64,000 nt of DNA from an uncultured Actinomycetota bacterium (lineage in GTDB: Bacteria; Actinomycetota; Actinomycetes; CAVPEL01). Position numbers and translations under genes: made by a program. Positions within the stretch are counted from its first letter, which is position 1; every line of letters starts with the position of its first letter. A model generated the notes under the pieces. The model ran no database searches and had not been told where the DNA came from. It saw only the letters and a program-made list of their open reading frames with translations. Shown here in pieces: positions 1-15,491 of the stretch. The stretch spans positions 32,207 to 96,206 of the forward strand of contig CAVPEL010000002.1 in assembly GCA_963703505.1 (NCBI GenBank), read 5' to 3'.

Positions 1-2660
<2,660 letters not shown>

Positions 2661-2728
2661 CTGGCCCGACTTTCGCCATTGCGCCGCGCGCGCCCACGCA
2701 TCCGTGGTCGACTTCTGGGGAGGTCAGC

Positions 2729-3105
2729 ATGGAGCGGGGCGGAGGCGAGCGGTGGACGGGGGCGAGGCGTTGTGGCACGTGACCCTCACCGTCGGCGGTG
2801 TGCCGATGGACCCGGTGCTCGTGCACGCCGCGCTGCGCAGGCTGGCCACGGAGCGCCCCTTCATGCTCGGCGGTCGTTACGGGCCGGACCGCGCTGAGGT
2901 TCGCTACTGGGAGGAGGCCCCGTCCCGGGGCGAGGCCGCGAGCATGGCGCGCAGCGTCTGGCAGGAGCATCGGCAGACAGCGGTGCTGCCCTGCCTGGGA
3001 GGTGCTCGAGGTCGCGGTGGTGAGCCGAACGACCCACCTGGAACAGGCAGAGATCGGTGCACGCAGCGCAGATGCCGCGAAGCGGACGGCTGGCGCCCGT
3101 TCTGA
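2729..3105 (+). CDS. Conserved hypothetical protein between proB and proA (frameshifted)
   Basis: LWHVTLTV..PFML..RY..RAEVRYWEEA..W.EHR; resembles the small protein I recall between proB and proA in Streptomyces; boundaries uncertain. Confidence 0.65.
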
Positions 3106-3140
3106 TCCGTCGATGGCGCCGGACCGTATCCTTGTTCGTC

Positions 3141-4396
3141 ATGAGCAGCCGTGAAGAAGTCCTCGAAGTCGCTCGCCGCGCGCGAGACGCCGCAGTCGAC
3201 GCTCGCCACGGCGTCGCGTGGGACCAAGGACGCCGCCCTGCACGCCATGGCGGACGCACTGGTGGCACGGTCCGCGACCATCCTCGAGGCAAACTCCTCC
3301 GACGTCGAGCGGGCCGTCGCAGCCGGGACCGCGCCATCCACCGTCGACCGGCTGCGTCTGGATGACGGCCGCATCGGTGAGATGGCGGCCGGCCTGCGCG
3401 AGATCGCCGCACTGGGCGACCCGGTCGGCGAGGTCCTGCGCGGGAGCACCCTGGCCAACGGGCTCGAGCTGCGCCAGATCCGGGTGCCCATGGGCGTCGT
3501 CGGCATCATCTACGAGGCACGGCCCAACGTGACCGCCGACGCCGCCGGCCTCTGCCTCAAGGCGGGCAACGCGGTCCTGCTGCGCGGGTCCTCCTCGGCG
3601 CTCGCATCCAACGAGGCGATCGTCGCCGTCCTGCGCGACGCGCTCGCCGGATCCGGCATGCCCGCCGACGCGGTCCAGCTGGTCCCCGGAGCCGGCCACG
3701 AGCCGGCCAAGCACCTCATGCAGGCTCGCGGGCTGGTCGACGTCCTCATCCCCCGGGGCGGTGCGTCGCTCATCGCCAGCGTCGTCGCCGAATCCAGTGT
3801 GCCGGTCATCGAGACGGGCGTGGGGAACTGCCACATCTACGTGGATGCCGACGCCGACCTGGACATGGCCCTGTCCGTCCTGCTCAACGCGAAGGTCTCC
3901 CGGCCCAGCGTGTGCAACGCGGTCGAGACGGTGCTGGTGCACCGCGACGTCGCCGACGCGTTCCTGCCCCGGGCCCTGGCCGCGCTCGCGGAGGCCGGGG
4001 TGACCGTCCACGGCGACGACGCGGTGCGCGCACTCGGTGACGCCGTTCCGGCAACGGCCGAGGACTGGGACACCGAGTACCACTCCCTGGACCTCGCGGC
4101 CGCCGTGGTGCCGTCGCCTCGACGCCGCCGTCAGCCACATCCGCGCCCACGGAACCGGTCACAGCGAGGCGATCATCACCGGCTCGCAGCACGCCGCGCG
4201 GGAGTTCGTCGCGCGGGTCGATGCGGCCGCCGTGCTCGTCAACGCCTCCACCCGGTTCACCGACGGCGGCCAGTTCGGCTTCGGTGCCGAGATGGGCATC
4301 TCCACCCAGAAGCTGCACGCCCGCGGCCCGATGGGCCTGACCGAGCTGACGTCGACCAAGTACGTGGTCACCGGCGACGGGCACGTTCGCACCTGA
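3141..4396 (+). CDS. proA: Gamma-glutamyl phosphate reductase (frameshifted)
   Basis: [52 protein letters not shown]. Confidence 0.95.
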
Positions 4397-4500
4397 GGGC
4401 GCCACGTCGTCAGCGATGCCGCGATCTGCCCGACATGCCTGGCTGACACGGGTAGGGTCGCCGGTGACCTGGCGAGCTGATCGAGGAGGAGCACGCGATC

Positions 4501-5106
4501 GTGACGACCGCGCGGCGCCTGCGGCTCGGAGTCATGGGCGGAACGTTCGACCCCATCCACCACGGCCACCTCGTGGCGGCCAGCGAGGTGGCGAGCCAGT
4601 TCTCGCTCGACGAGGTCGTCTTCGTGCCGACCGGGCAGCCGTGGCAGAAGGCCGGCCGTGAGGTAGCGCCCGCCGAGGACCGCTACCTGATGACGGTGAT
4701 CGCGACCGCCTCCAACCCGAGGTTCTCCGTGAGCCGGGTCGAGATCGACCGGCCAGGACCGACGTACACCGTCGACACGTTGCGGCAGCTGCGCGCCGAG
4801 CGCGGCGACGACGTGGACCTGTTCTTCATCACCGGAGCCGACGCGCTCGCCCAGATCCTCAGCTGGAAGTCCGCCACCGAGCTGGTCGACCTCGCGCACT
4901 TCATCGGGTGCACCCGGCCGGGACATGTGCTGGCGGACCCAGGCTTCCCTGACGGCGCCGTCAGCCTGGTGGAAGTGCCCGCGCTGGCGATCTCTTCGTC
5001 CGACTGCCGTGAGCGCGTCGCGCGCGGCGAGCCGCTCTGGTACCTGGTTCCTGACGGTGTCGTGCAGTACGTCTCCAAGCGCCGGCTCTACCGGGATTCG
5101 GCGTGA
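4501..5106 (+). CDS. nadD: Nicotinate-nucleotide adenylyltransferase
   Basis: [31 protein letters not shown]. Confidence 0.96.
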   Translation: MTTARRLRLGVMGGTFDPIHHGHLVAASEVASQFSLDEVVFVPTGQPWQKAGREVAPAEDRYLMTVIATASNPRFSVSRVEIDRPGPTYTVDTLRQLRAERGDDVDLFFITGADALAQILSWKSATELVDLAHFIGCTRPGHVLADPGFPDGAVSLVEVPALAISSSDCRERVARGEPLWYLVPDGVVQYVSKRRLYRDSA

Positions 5107-6338
5107 GCGGCCGTCGCCACGCCCGGCTCGCCGCTCGCCAAGCCCAGCGACGCCAGGTCCGCCGCCGGCTGTTCATCGGCGCCGGCGCGCTGCTCGTCGC
5201 TGCCGCGGTTGCGGTGGGTGCCGTCACGGTCCCCGGGTGGCTGCGCGACCGGGGTGGTGCGCACCCGGTGGATCCGTCGGCCACCTCGGCGGCCCGGACC
5301 CAGGCGACCCTGCTGGTCCAGCTGGCCGGCGCGGACGGCGACGCGCGCGCCTCCGTGCTGCTGGCCGCCGATCCAGCCGTCCACACGGGCGCGATGGTCC
5401 TGGTGCCCTCCCGGTTGGTCGCCCCGATCCCCGGCTCAGGGCCCGGGCCCTTCGGCTCGGCGCTGCGGCTAGGCAGCCCGTCGGCGCCTGCGGTGGCGTT
5501 GTCGGATGTGCTCGGTGTGACGGTCGACGGCTCGTGGGTGCTCGATGGTGCCGCGTTCGGACGGCTGGTCGACGCGGTCGGCGGCGTCGACGTCACCGTC
5601 GACACCGACGTCGTCCACACCGCAGCGGACGGTACCCGGAAGATCCTCGTAGGCGCCGGTGCGCAGCGACTGGAGGGTGCTGCCGCGGTCGCGTTCGCGA
5701 CGTACCAGGAGCCGGACGCTCTGGAGCTGACGATGCTGGCCAGGTTCGGCGCGGTGCTGGCCGGGGTCGCTCACGCGCTCCCGGACGACCCGGCGCAGCT
5801 CGCTCGGCTGATCGAGAACGTGGGCGGTGGTTCGACGTCCACCATGGCCACCCCATCGCTTGCCGCGCTGCTGGGCGCCCTGCACGACGTGGCGGTTGCG
5901 AAGACCTTGCAGTCTCGGATCCTGCCCGTGACGTCGATCGACACCGGTGACGTCGAGCCGGCGTACGGAGCGGACAGCGCCAAGGTGGCGTCCATGGTCG
6001 CCGAGCTGCTCGCCGCGTCGGTGCCGGAGGCGCAGAAGCGGACCGGGAACCGGGTCCGGGTCGAGAATCGGGTGGGAACCGTCGGCATCACCGAGACGAC
6101 CAGGGCCAAGCTCGATGCCGCCGGGTTCGTCTACCTGCCGGGCGGGAACGCGGTCGACTTCCCGAACCCGTCCCTGCCGTCGACCGTCCTGATCTTCGAC
6201 ACCTCGCCCGAGTCGATCGCCCGCGGCTACGCGGTGGCCGACGCGCTCCGGCTGCCCCACGCGGACGTCAAGACGTCGACCGAGGGGCAGACCAAGGCGG
6301 ACGTTTTCGTGATCATCGGGAACGACTACGTGCCGTGA
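5103..6338 (+). CDS. LytR-CpsA-Psr (LCP)-like membrane protein with LytR C-terminal domain
   Basis: Basic N-terminus plus TM helix, [11 protein letters not shown]-terminal [20 protein letters not shown]; position nadD-X-rsfS. Confidence 0.75.
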   Translation: MSGRRHARLAARQAQRRQVRRRLFIGAGALLVAAAVAVGAVTVPGWLRDRGGAHPVDPSATSAARTQATLLVQLAGADGDARASVLLAADPAVHTGAMVLVPSRLVAPIPGSGPGPFGSALRLGSPSAPAVALSDVLGVTVDGSWVLDGAAFGRLVDAVGGVDVTVDTDVVHTAADGTRKILVGAGAQRLEGAAAVAFATYQEPDALELTMLARFGAVLAGVAHALPDDPAQLARLIENVGGGSTSTMATPSLAALLGALHDVAVAKTLQSRILPVTSIDTGDVEPAYGADSAKVASMVAELLAASVPEAQKRTGNRVRVENRVGTVGITETTRAKLDAAGFVYLPGGNAVDFPNPSLPSTVLIFDTSPESIARGYAVADALRLPHADVKTSTEGQTKADVFVIIGNDYVP

Positions 6339-6378
6339 CGTGAGACCCTGGAGGCATGACTGCAGCTAGGGACATCGC

Positions 6379-6770
6379 ATGACCGCCACACCTCGGGCCG
6401 CCGAGCTCGCCGTTGCCGCCGCTGAGGCCGCCGCCGACAAGCTCGCCACCGACATCGTTGCCATCGACGTCAGCGATCAGCTCTCGATCACCGATGTGTT
6501 CGTCGTCGCCACCGGCGCCAACGACCGCCAGGTCGACGCCGTGGTGGACGCCGTGGAGGAACGACTCCGTTCCTCGGTGAGAAGCCCGTCCGGCGCGAGG
6601 GCCACCGCGAGGGCCGCTGGGTCCTGCTCGACTACACGGACATCGTCGTGCACGTCCAGCACGCCGAGGAGCGTGTGTACTACTCGCTGGAGCGCCTCTG
6701 GAAGGACTGTCCGCAGCTACCGCTGCCCAACCTGGCAGCGGCGGGCGTCGCGTCAGGGGAGGCCTCCTGA
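6379..6770 (+). CDS. rsfS: Ribosome silencing factor (frameshift near 6575)
   Basis: AADKLATDIVAIDVS..ITDVFV..NDRQV, then WVLLDY.DIVVHVQ..ERVYYSLERLWKDCP. Confidence 0.93.
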
Positions 6771-7420
6771 TCTCGCAAGGTCGCCGTGTCGTCCTGTGGC
6801 GGCACGGCCAGACCGCCTGGAACGTGGAGAACCGGTTCCAGGGGCACACCGACGTCAGCCTCGACGACGTCGGCCGCGAGCAGGCGAGGCAGGCTGCGCG
6901 GATACTCGCCGCGCTGCGACCCGAGGCGATCGTCACGTCCGACCTGTCCCGGGCCCGGGACACAGCGCTGGCGCTGAGCGATCTGGTCCGGCTTCCGGTC
7001 GAGGTCGAGGCCGGGTTGCGTGAGACCAACGGCGGGGAGTGGGAAGGCCGTACCGTCGCGGAGATCACGTCCTCGTACGAGACCGTCTACGCCCAGTGGC
7101 GTCGGGGCGAGGATGTACATCCGCCTGGCGGCGAGAGCCGAACCCAGGTGGCGGACCGGGCGATTGCCGTCTTCGAGCGCCAGGTGAAGACCCTCGGCGA
7201 CGGCGGCACGTTGGTGATGGTGAGCCACGGCGGGACGGTGCGCGTGCTGTTGGGCCGGCTTCTCGGCCTGCCGGTGGCGAACTGGCCCGCGCTCGGGGGC
7301 CTGTCCAACTGCTGCTGGTCGGTGCTCGGCGAGGCGGATTCCGACGGGCTGGGTAGGTGGCGGTTGTTGGAGCACAACGCCGGGTCGTTGCCCGAGCCGG
7401 TGATGAGTGATGACGAATGA
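6767..7420 (+). CDS. Histidine phosphatase (phosphoglycerate mutase) family protein
   Basis: RHGQTAWN, SDLSRA, LRE, GES, VSHGG; start codon uncertain. Confidence 0.88.
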   Translation: MISQGRRVVLWRHGQTAWNVENRFQGHTDVSLDDVGREQARQAARILAALRPEAIVTSDLSRARDTALALSDLVRLPVEVEAGLRETNGGEWEGRTVAEITSSYETVYAQWRRGEDVHPPGGESRTQVADRAIAVFERQVKTLGDGGTLVMVSHGGTVRVLLGRLLGLPVANWPALGGLSNCCWSVLGEADSDGLGRWRLLEHNAGSLPEPVMSDDE

Positions 7421-7486
7421 CCGACTCCGGTTTCAGCCTTCGGCCAACCGTCGGCTAGACTCGCCTTCGCTCCGCAAGGGGCGTCC

Positions 7487-7559
7487 GGGGCTATAGCTCA
7501 GCTGGTAGAGCACTTGCTCGGCAGGCAAGGGGTCCGGGGTTCGAATCCCCGTAGCTCCA
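7487..7559 (+). tRNA. tRNA-Ala (anticodon GGC)
   Basis: Cloverleaf: acceptor GGGGCTA/TAGCTCC with G3:U70, D arm GCTC/GAGC, anticodon stem CTTGC/GCAAG, T loop TTCGAAT; CCA not encoded; TAGACT -10 box at 7456. Confidence 0.95.
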
Positions 7560-7577
7560 CCGGACAAAACAGGTCAG

Positions 7578-7612
7578 AGGCCCTCTCCCCGAACCGGGGA
7601 GGGGGCCTTTGT
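7578..7612 (+). terminator. Terminator after tRNA
   Basis: AGGCCCTCTCCCC-gaacc-GGGGAGGGGGCCT followed by TTGT. Confidence 0.7.
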
Positions 7613-7747
7613 CGCGTGTGGGGCACGGTCGTTCGGCCGGCTTTCGCGGGTGATCGGTCACGGTGGTTTGGCGAGGCGCCGGAATGCCGATACTTGGACC
7701 GAGCGAGTGCCGACCATGGGAGGTGGGCCCGCGGACGCACAAGGTGG

Positions 7748-8741
7748 GTGGACATCGTGTGGAACCCGCGTCTGGCCATCGACCTAGGAACTGCGCACAG
7801 CCGCGTGTGGGTAGACGGCCGCGGCGTCGTCGCCGACGAACCGTCAGCGGTGGCCATCGATCGCCGAACGCGCGCGGTCGTGGGCGTCGGTCGGCAGGCG
7901 CAGCAGCTTGTCGGACGTGCCGGCCCGCACATCAACACCATCCATCCGATCCAGCGAGGCGTCATCGCCGACTTGGACACCGCGACCGTGCTGGTCCGCC
8001 ATCTGGTTCATCAGGCCGCTCCGCACCGCGTGCCGCAGCCGAAGATCACGGTGTGCATCCCGGATACGGCGAACGTCGTCGAGCGCCGCGCCGTCGTCGA
8101 AACCTGTGAGGACGCCGGATGCCGCGGTGTCGAGATGGTGTCCGCATCGGTGGCGGCCGCGACGGGGGCCGGGTACGACGCCATGGGCGCGACTGGCGTG
8201 ATGGTGGTCGACCTTGGTCCAGAATCCACCCGGGCGAGCATCGTCTGCCTCGGTGACGCCGCGGTGTCGATGTCGGTGGACGTCGGCGGCAACGTCGTCG
8301 ACCACGCGATCGTGCGGCACGTGCGCGACATGCATGGCGTGCTCGATCAGCGAATCGCTCGCGCAGCAGTTCAAGGCGAGGCTGAGCACGGCCGAACCCG
8401 AGGATGCCCAGCAGATCGGCGGCCTCGATGTGGCGACGGGGCAGCCGCGCCACGTGCTGCTGCGCGCCGACGAGGTCAGCAAGCTGCTGGTGGATCTGCG
8501 GAGCGCCACCGTGGACCTGGTGCGCGAGCTGCTGGCCAAAGGCGCACCGGACCTGGTCGGCGACGTCATGACCTCCGGCGTCATCCTCGTCGGGGGTGGG
8601 GCGTGGACGCCCGGTCTGGCCGAGCAGCTGGCGCAGGAGACCGACCTGCCGGTCAGGGTCGCTGAGACACCGGAGCACGCGGCAGTTCTCGGTGCGGTCA
8701 AGGCCCGAGCGCAGGTACAGCCGCACACCTTGGTGTCATAG
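7748..8741 (+). CDS. MreB/Mbl-like actin-family protein, divergent (frameshift near 8345)
   Basis: LAIDLGTA, DEPSAVA, PIQRGVIAD, VERRAV, AAATGAG, IGGLDVATGQP, PDLVGDVMTSGVILVGGGA. Confidence 0.85.
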
Positions 8742-10574
8742 GACCGGCAGCTCGCCGTTCACTGTGCTCGGCCTCGGCGTTTGGACGGTGAGAACGGCCG
8801 CGGTGCGCGGCTTCAACACGAGCATGGTCGATGCCTCATCCGTCGGTGACCCAGTGCGTTAGGTGGCTCCGACAGCCAGGCGCCGTCGCGCCAGGCGGCG
8901 ACGAGCACGGCGCCGGGCCCGTCGAGCTCGACGGACACTGGCTCGTCACTCACGTTCGCCACCGCACGCAGACCCCGGCACTGCACGGAGAACCATCGGG
9001 GCGCCGCCATCCGGCGCCTCGCGCCAGGTGCAGAACACGTCGTCATCGAACTCGCGAGCGCGCGCCGGCCCGAAGCCCGATCAGCGTCCGGTACCAGGCC
9101 AGCATCTCCGCACCGGCGCCCGAGTCGGCCTCGCCCCAGTCCAGGACGGAACGCACACGGCTCTCGGGATCTTGCGGGTCACCCGCGTCGGCGCCCCACC
9201 CCTGGGCGGCGAGCTCGCGCGCGCCGACCTGTCGCGACCGCGTGGGCGAGGCGCGGCTCGTCGAACGAGCTGAAGAACAGCCACGGCGTGGTCGCACCCC
9301 ATTCCTCGCCCATGAACAGCATGGGCGTGTAGGGCAGCGTGAGCAGGAGCGCGGCGCCGCAGGCGGCCAGGTCGCGGCCGGCGAGGACCGACAGCCGTTC
9401 GCCGTGGGCCGCGGTTGCCGACCTGGTCGTGGGTCTGCAGCGACGTGACGAGCTGCGCAGCGGCGGGTAGTCGCCCAGTCCATCGGCGCGCCCCAGCTCT
9501 GGCCGCGGAACGACGACCACCGCCCGTCATGCCAGAAGCCGTGCTCGAGCGTGTACGCAACGGCGGCGCAGGAGGCGAAGTCCGCGAAGATGCCCGACGC
9601 GTCGTCGGTGAGCAGCCAGTGCAGCGCGTGGTGCACGTCGTCGTCCCACTGCGCGCTCATGCCCGAAGCCGTGCTGCGCCGGTCGGCGCGCACGGTCCGC
9701 GGGTCGTTGCGGTCGCTCTCCGCGACCAGCGCCAACGGCCGACCGAGGTCGACGGACAGCGCGGCCACCGCATCGGACAGCTCGGCGAGGAACGGCCGGG
9801 CCCGGCCGTCGCTGCAGCGCGTGCACCGCGTCCAGCCGCAGCCCGTCGAGGTGAAAGTCCCGCAGCCAGCCCAGCGCGCTGTCCCTGCAGGATCGAGCGG
9901 ACGTCGTCCGACCCTGGCTCGTCGAGGTTGACCGCCTTGCCCCACGGCGTGGTGCGGGTGGCGCTCAGGAACGGGCCGAACTGCTCCCAATGGCTGCCGC
10001 TGGGTCCGACATGGTTGTGGACGACGTCGAGCAGCACGGCGAGTCCCCGGCGCGTGCGCGGCGTCGACGAAGCGGGCGAGTGCGAACGGGCCGCCGTAGG
10101 GCTCGTGCACGGCGTTCAGGGCGACGCCGTCGTAGCCCCAGCCGCGCGGTCCGTCGAACGCGGCGAGCGGCATCAGCTCGACGTGCGTCACGCCCAGGTC
10201 GACGCAGGTGGTCGAGCCGCTCGATGGCCGCGTCCAGCGTGCCGGTGGCGGTGAAGGTGCCCACGTGCAGCTCGTACAGCAGGGCGCCCTCGCGCAGCGT
10301 CCGGCCCCGCCACGCGTCGTCGCTCCAGGCCAGTCCTGCGGCGTCGAACGCCCGCGACGTGCCGTGCACGCCGTCCGGCAGCCAACGACCCAGCGGGTCG
10401 GGCAGCGGTGCGCCGCCGTCCAGCACCAAGCGGTAGCCTGGCCGTGGTGGAGGTCGGGGCCGACGAACCAGCCGTCTCGATCAGGATCGGGCCGCATCAA
10501 GCGGCGCCGTCCGACCGCGTAGGCGACCTCGACTGGTGGGCGCGAGGAGCCCACACCCGCAGCGGGATGCTCAT
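8736..10574 (-). CDS. treZ: Malto-oligosyltrehalose trehalohydrolase, GH13 (many frameshifts)
   Basis: RVWAP, YELHVGTFT, HVELMP, WGYDGV, LDVVHNHVGPSG, TPWG, ESDRND, AQWDDDVHH, HDQVGNR, PMLFMGEEWG. Confidence 0.85.
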
Positions 10575-10724
10575 GGGGATCGCACGTGGTGGAAGGCCGT
10601 CAGGGCACGCCGACCGAGGGTCGTCCCGCCGGGCGGGGCGCGCCGAGCTGGGCCAGGCCTGCATGGTGCCGCGTTCCCCGGCGGACCGGCGCGAAACCCG
10701 GTCGCAACGCTCGATGAACGAGAG

Positions 10725-10746
10725 TGTCCGAGGCCCGTGCCACCCT
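10725..10746 (+). promoter_or_regulatory. Candidate RecA-NDp/PafBC-type promoter of the exonuclease gene
   Basis: TGTCCG-N10-CACCCT, 6 nt before ATG 10753 (consensus as recalled TGTCGG-N10-TANNNT). Confidence 0.5.
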
Positions 10747-10752
10747 GCTCGC

Positions 10753-11534
10753 ATGACATGGATCACCGGATGAGATCGCCTCGTTCGACCTCGAGACGAC
10801 CGGGGTCGACCCGGCGACCGCGCGGATCGTCTCGGCGGCCGTGCTGCGTGAGCCGGCTGACGGCTTGCGGGTAGTCCGCACCTGGCTGGTCGATCCGGGG
10901 ATCGAGATCCCCGAGGCGGCGAGCGCGGTCCACGGCATCACCACGGAGCAGGCGCGACGCGACGGTCAACCGGCTGCGCTCGCGATCGACGAGATCGCTG
11001 CTGCGTTGCAGGACTGCTGGGACGCCGGGGTGCCTGTGGTGGTCTTCAACGCTGCCTACGACCTCACCCTGCTCGGCCACGAGCTGGCCCGTCACGACCT
11101 GTCGCCGCTGCGGATCGGTCCGGTGCTCGACCCGCTGGTGATCTGGCGGCACGCGGAGCGCTACCGCAAGGGCAAGAAGACGCTGTCCGATGCCGCGGAC
11201 CGCTTCGGCATCCCGGTGGTCGATGCGCACTCGGCCGCCGCGGACGCAGGCATGGCGTTGGCCGTGCTGCACGGGCTAGCTGAGCGTGGCCCCGCTCGCC
11301 GCGCTCTCCTTGGACGACCTCATGGCGTTGCAGGCGGGCTGGCACCGTGAGTGGGCCGTGAACTTCGCGGAGTGGCTGCATGCGCAGGGCGGGGACGCGT
11401 CCGGAGTCAACCTGTCCTGGCCGGTGGTGCCGGTCGCGGCGCCCGACGAGGAGCTCGAGCCCCAGGTCGTTCGCCCCACGGAGGTCGAGGCGGTCGTGGT
11501 CGGCGCCGACGCGGGGATCGACCGACCTGGCTAG
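10753..11534 (+). CDS. DEDDh 3'-5' exonuclease, DnaQ-like (frameshifted)
   Basis: FDLETTG, VHGIT, FNAAYDL, DPLVI, AHSAAADA. Confidence 0.88.
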
Positions 11535-11853
11535 CCGGTGCTGGTCAGCTTGAGCCCGACGACCGACACCAGGAGCAGCAGGAGGAAGATCGCGCGCGGC
11601 GCGGGCAGCGCCTCGGCAAAGAGCAGCACACCCAGTCAGCGCGGCGCCGAGCGCACCGATGCCCACCCAGATCGCGTAGGCGGTGCCGATGGGGATCGTC
11701 CTCGCCGCCGCCGACAGCAGACGCCATGCTCGCGATGATCGCGCCACCGGTCAGGATGCTGGGGACCAGACGGGTGAAGCCGTCGGTGTACTTCAATCCC
11801 ACCGCCCACCCGACCTCGAGCAGTCCAGCGGCGCCGAGCAGGATCCATGCCAT
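11531..11853 (-). CDS. sugE: SMR-family guanidinium exporter Gdx/SugE (frameshifted)
   Basis: [40 protein letters not shown]; guanidine riboswitch directly upstream. Confidence 0.9.
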
Positions 11854-11868
11854 GACACACCCCTTCGG

Positions 11869-11909
11869 GCGTCGTCTTGGCAGGGCCGGGTACGGCGCGT
11901 CTCGTCCGG
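11869..11909 (-). ncRNA. Guanidine-III (ykkC-III) riboswitch
   Basis: Minus strand CCGGACGAGACGCGCCGTACCCGGCCCTGCCAAGACGACGC closely matches the actinobacterial ykkC-III motif as recalled; 15 nt upstream of the SMR ATG. Confidence 0.9.
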
Positions 11910-12016
11910 TGCGGCCAGGTGCGGGCCGCCTGCGACCAGGATCGCAAACGCCCGCGGCCCTGGCCAGCCGCGCCGGGTGAGATCGCTCACCGGTGTCGGC
12001 GGCGTACACTGCTGCG

Positions 12017-12055
12017 GTGCGTACTGACGGGCAGCTTCTTCTCGAGCCGCGCTGA
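12017..12055 (+). CDS. leuS leader peptide [12 protein letters not shown]
   Basis: GTG..CTT CTT CTC..TGA, TACACT -10 box 6 nt upstream; similar to Streptomyces leuS leader peptides. Confidence 0.8.
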   Translation: MRTDGQLLLEPR

Positions 12056-12106
12056 GAGAGATCGACACCTCGGCGCGGCGACCCCTCCTGTGCGAGGGGT
12101 CTTTTT
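12047..12106 (+). terminator. leuS attenuator (pause hairpin plus terminator)
   Basis: CCGCGCTGAG/CTCGGCGCGG hairpin, then GACCCCTC-ctgtgc-GAGGGGTC-TTTTT. Confidence 0.8.
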
Positions 12107-12127
12107 ATGGGATGAATGAGGGAACCG

Positions 12128-14592
<2,465 letters not shown>

Positions 14593-14633
14593 GCCTCTGC
14601 CGTAGCTGGGCCACTCGCGGCTAGGGTCCGGTC

Positions 14634-15491
14634 ATGGGAAAGGTCGCGGTCGTCACCGACTCCACCGCCTACTTGCCTGAGGGCGTCGCCGACCGGCTCG
14701 GCGTCCGCGTCATCCCGCTCCAGGTGGTCGTCGGAGGAAAGGTGAGCGCCGAGGGCGCCGACATCACCTCGGCCGATGTGGCGGAGGCACTGGCGGCGTG
14801 GGCCCCGGTCAGCACGTCCAGACCCTCGCCCGCGCTGTTCGCCGCCGCCTACGCCGAGCTCATCGCGGCAGGCGCCTCGGCCGTGGTGTCGGTCCACCTG
14901 TCCGGCGACATGTCCGGCACCGTCGAGGCCGCCGAGCTGGCCGCTGCGGAGAGCGACCACGACATCCGTGTGGTGGACTCGCGGACGATCGGCATGGGGC
15001 TGGGATTCGCGGCGATCGCGGCAGCAACGGCCGCGGCGGACGGCGCCGACCCCGGTGAGGTGGTCGCCAAGGTGAACGCCACCCTCGCCGGCACGTGCGC
15101 CCTGTTCTACGTCGATACGTTGGAGCACCTGCGACGCGGAGGACGGATCGGGTCGGCGCAGGCGTTGGTCGGCTCCGCTCTGGCCGTCAAACCGCTCCTG
15201 CACGTGGTCGACGGGCGGATCGCACCGCTGGAGAAGGTGCGGACGTCCTCGCGCGCGCTGGCCCGGCTGCAGGATCTCGCGGTCGCCGAAGCCGGGGACG
15301 GGCCGGTAGCCGTCGCCGTCCACCACCTCGCCGCTCCGGTGCGTGCCGCTGCGATGGCGCAAGCGCTGGATGCCCGGATACCGAAGCTCGAGGAGCTCTA
15401 CACCTGCGAGGTGGGAGCCGTGGTCGGGGCCCATGTCGGTCCGGGCATGCTCGCTGTGGTCGTCTCCCGGCGCAGCGCCACCGCTGGCTGA
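14634..15491 (+). CDS. DegV family fatty-acid-binding protein
   Basis: VVTDST, STSRPS, HLSGDMSGT, LEHLRRGGRI, VKPLL, AHVGPG. Confidence 0.93.
   Translation: MGKVAVVTDSTAYLPEGVADRLGVRVIPLQVVVGGKVSAEGADITSADVAEALAAWAPVSTSRPSPALFAAAYAELIAAGASAVVSVHLSGDMSGTVEAAELAAAESDHDIRVVDSRTIGMGLGFAAIAAATAAADGADPGEVVAKVNATLAGTCALFYVDTLEHLRRGGRIGSAQALVGSALAVKPLLHVVDGRIAPLEKVRTSSRALARLQDLAVAEAGDGPVAVAVHHLAAPVRAAAMAQALDARIPKLEELYTCEVGAVVGAHVGPGMLAVVVSRRSATAG

Noticed and set aside
7487-12000. Genomic island integrated at tRNA-Ala
   Set aside because: No integrase and no duplicated tRNA 3' end seen; the 10-nt TAGCTCCACC match inside modA is likely chance
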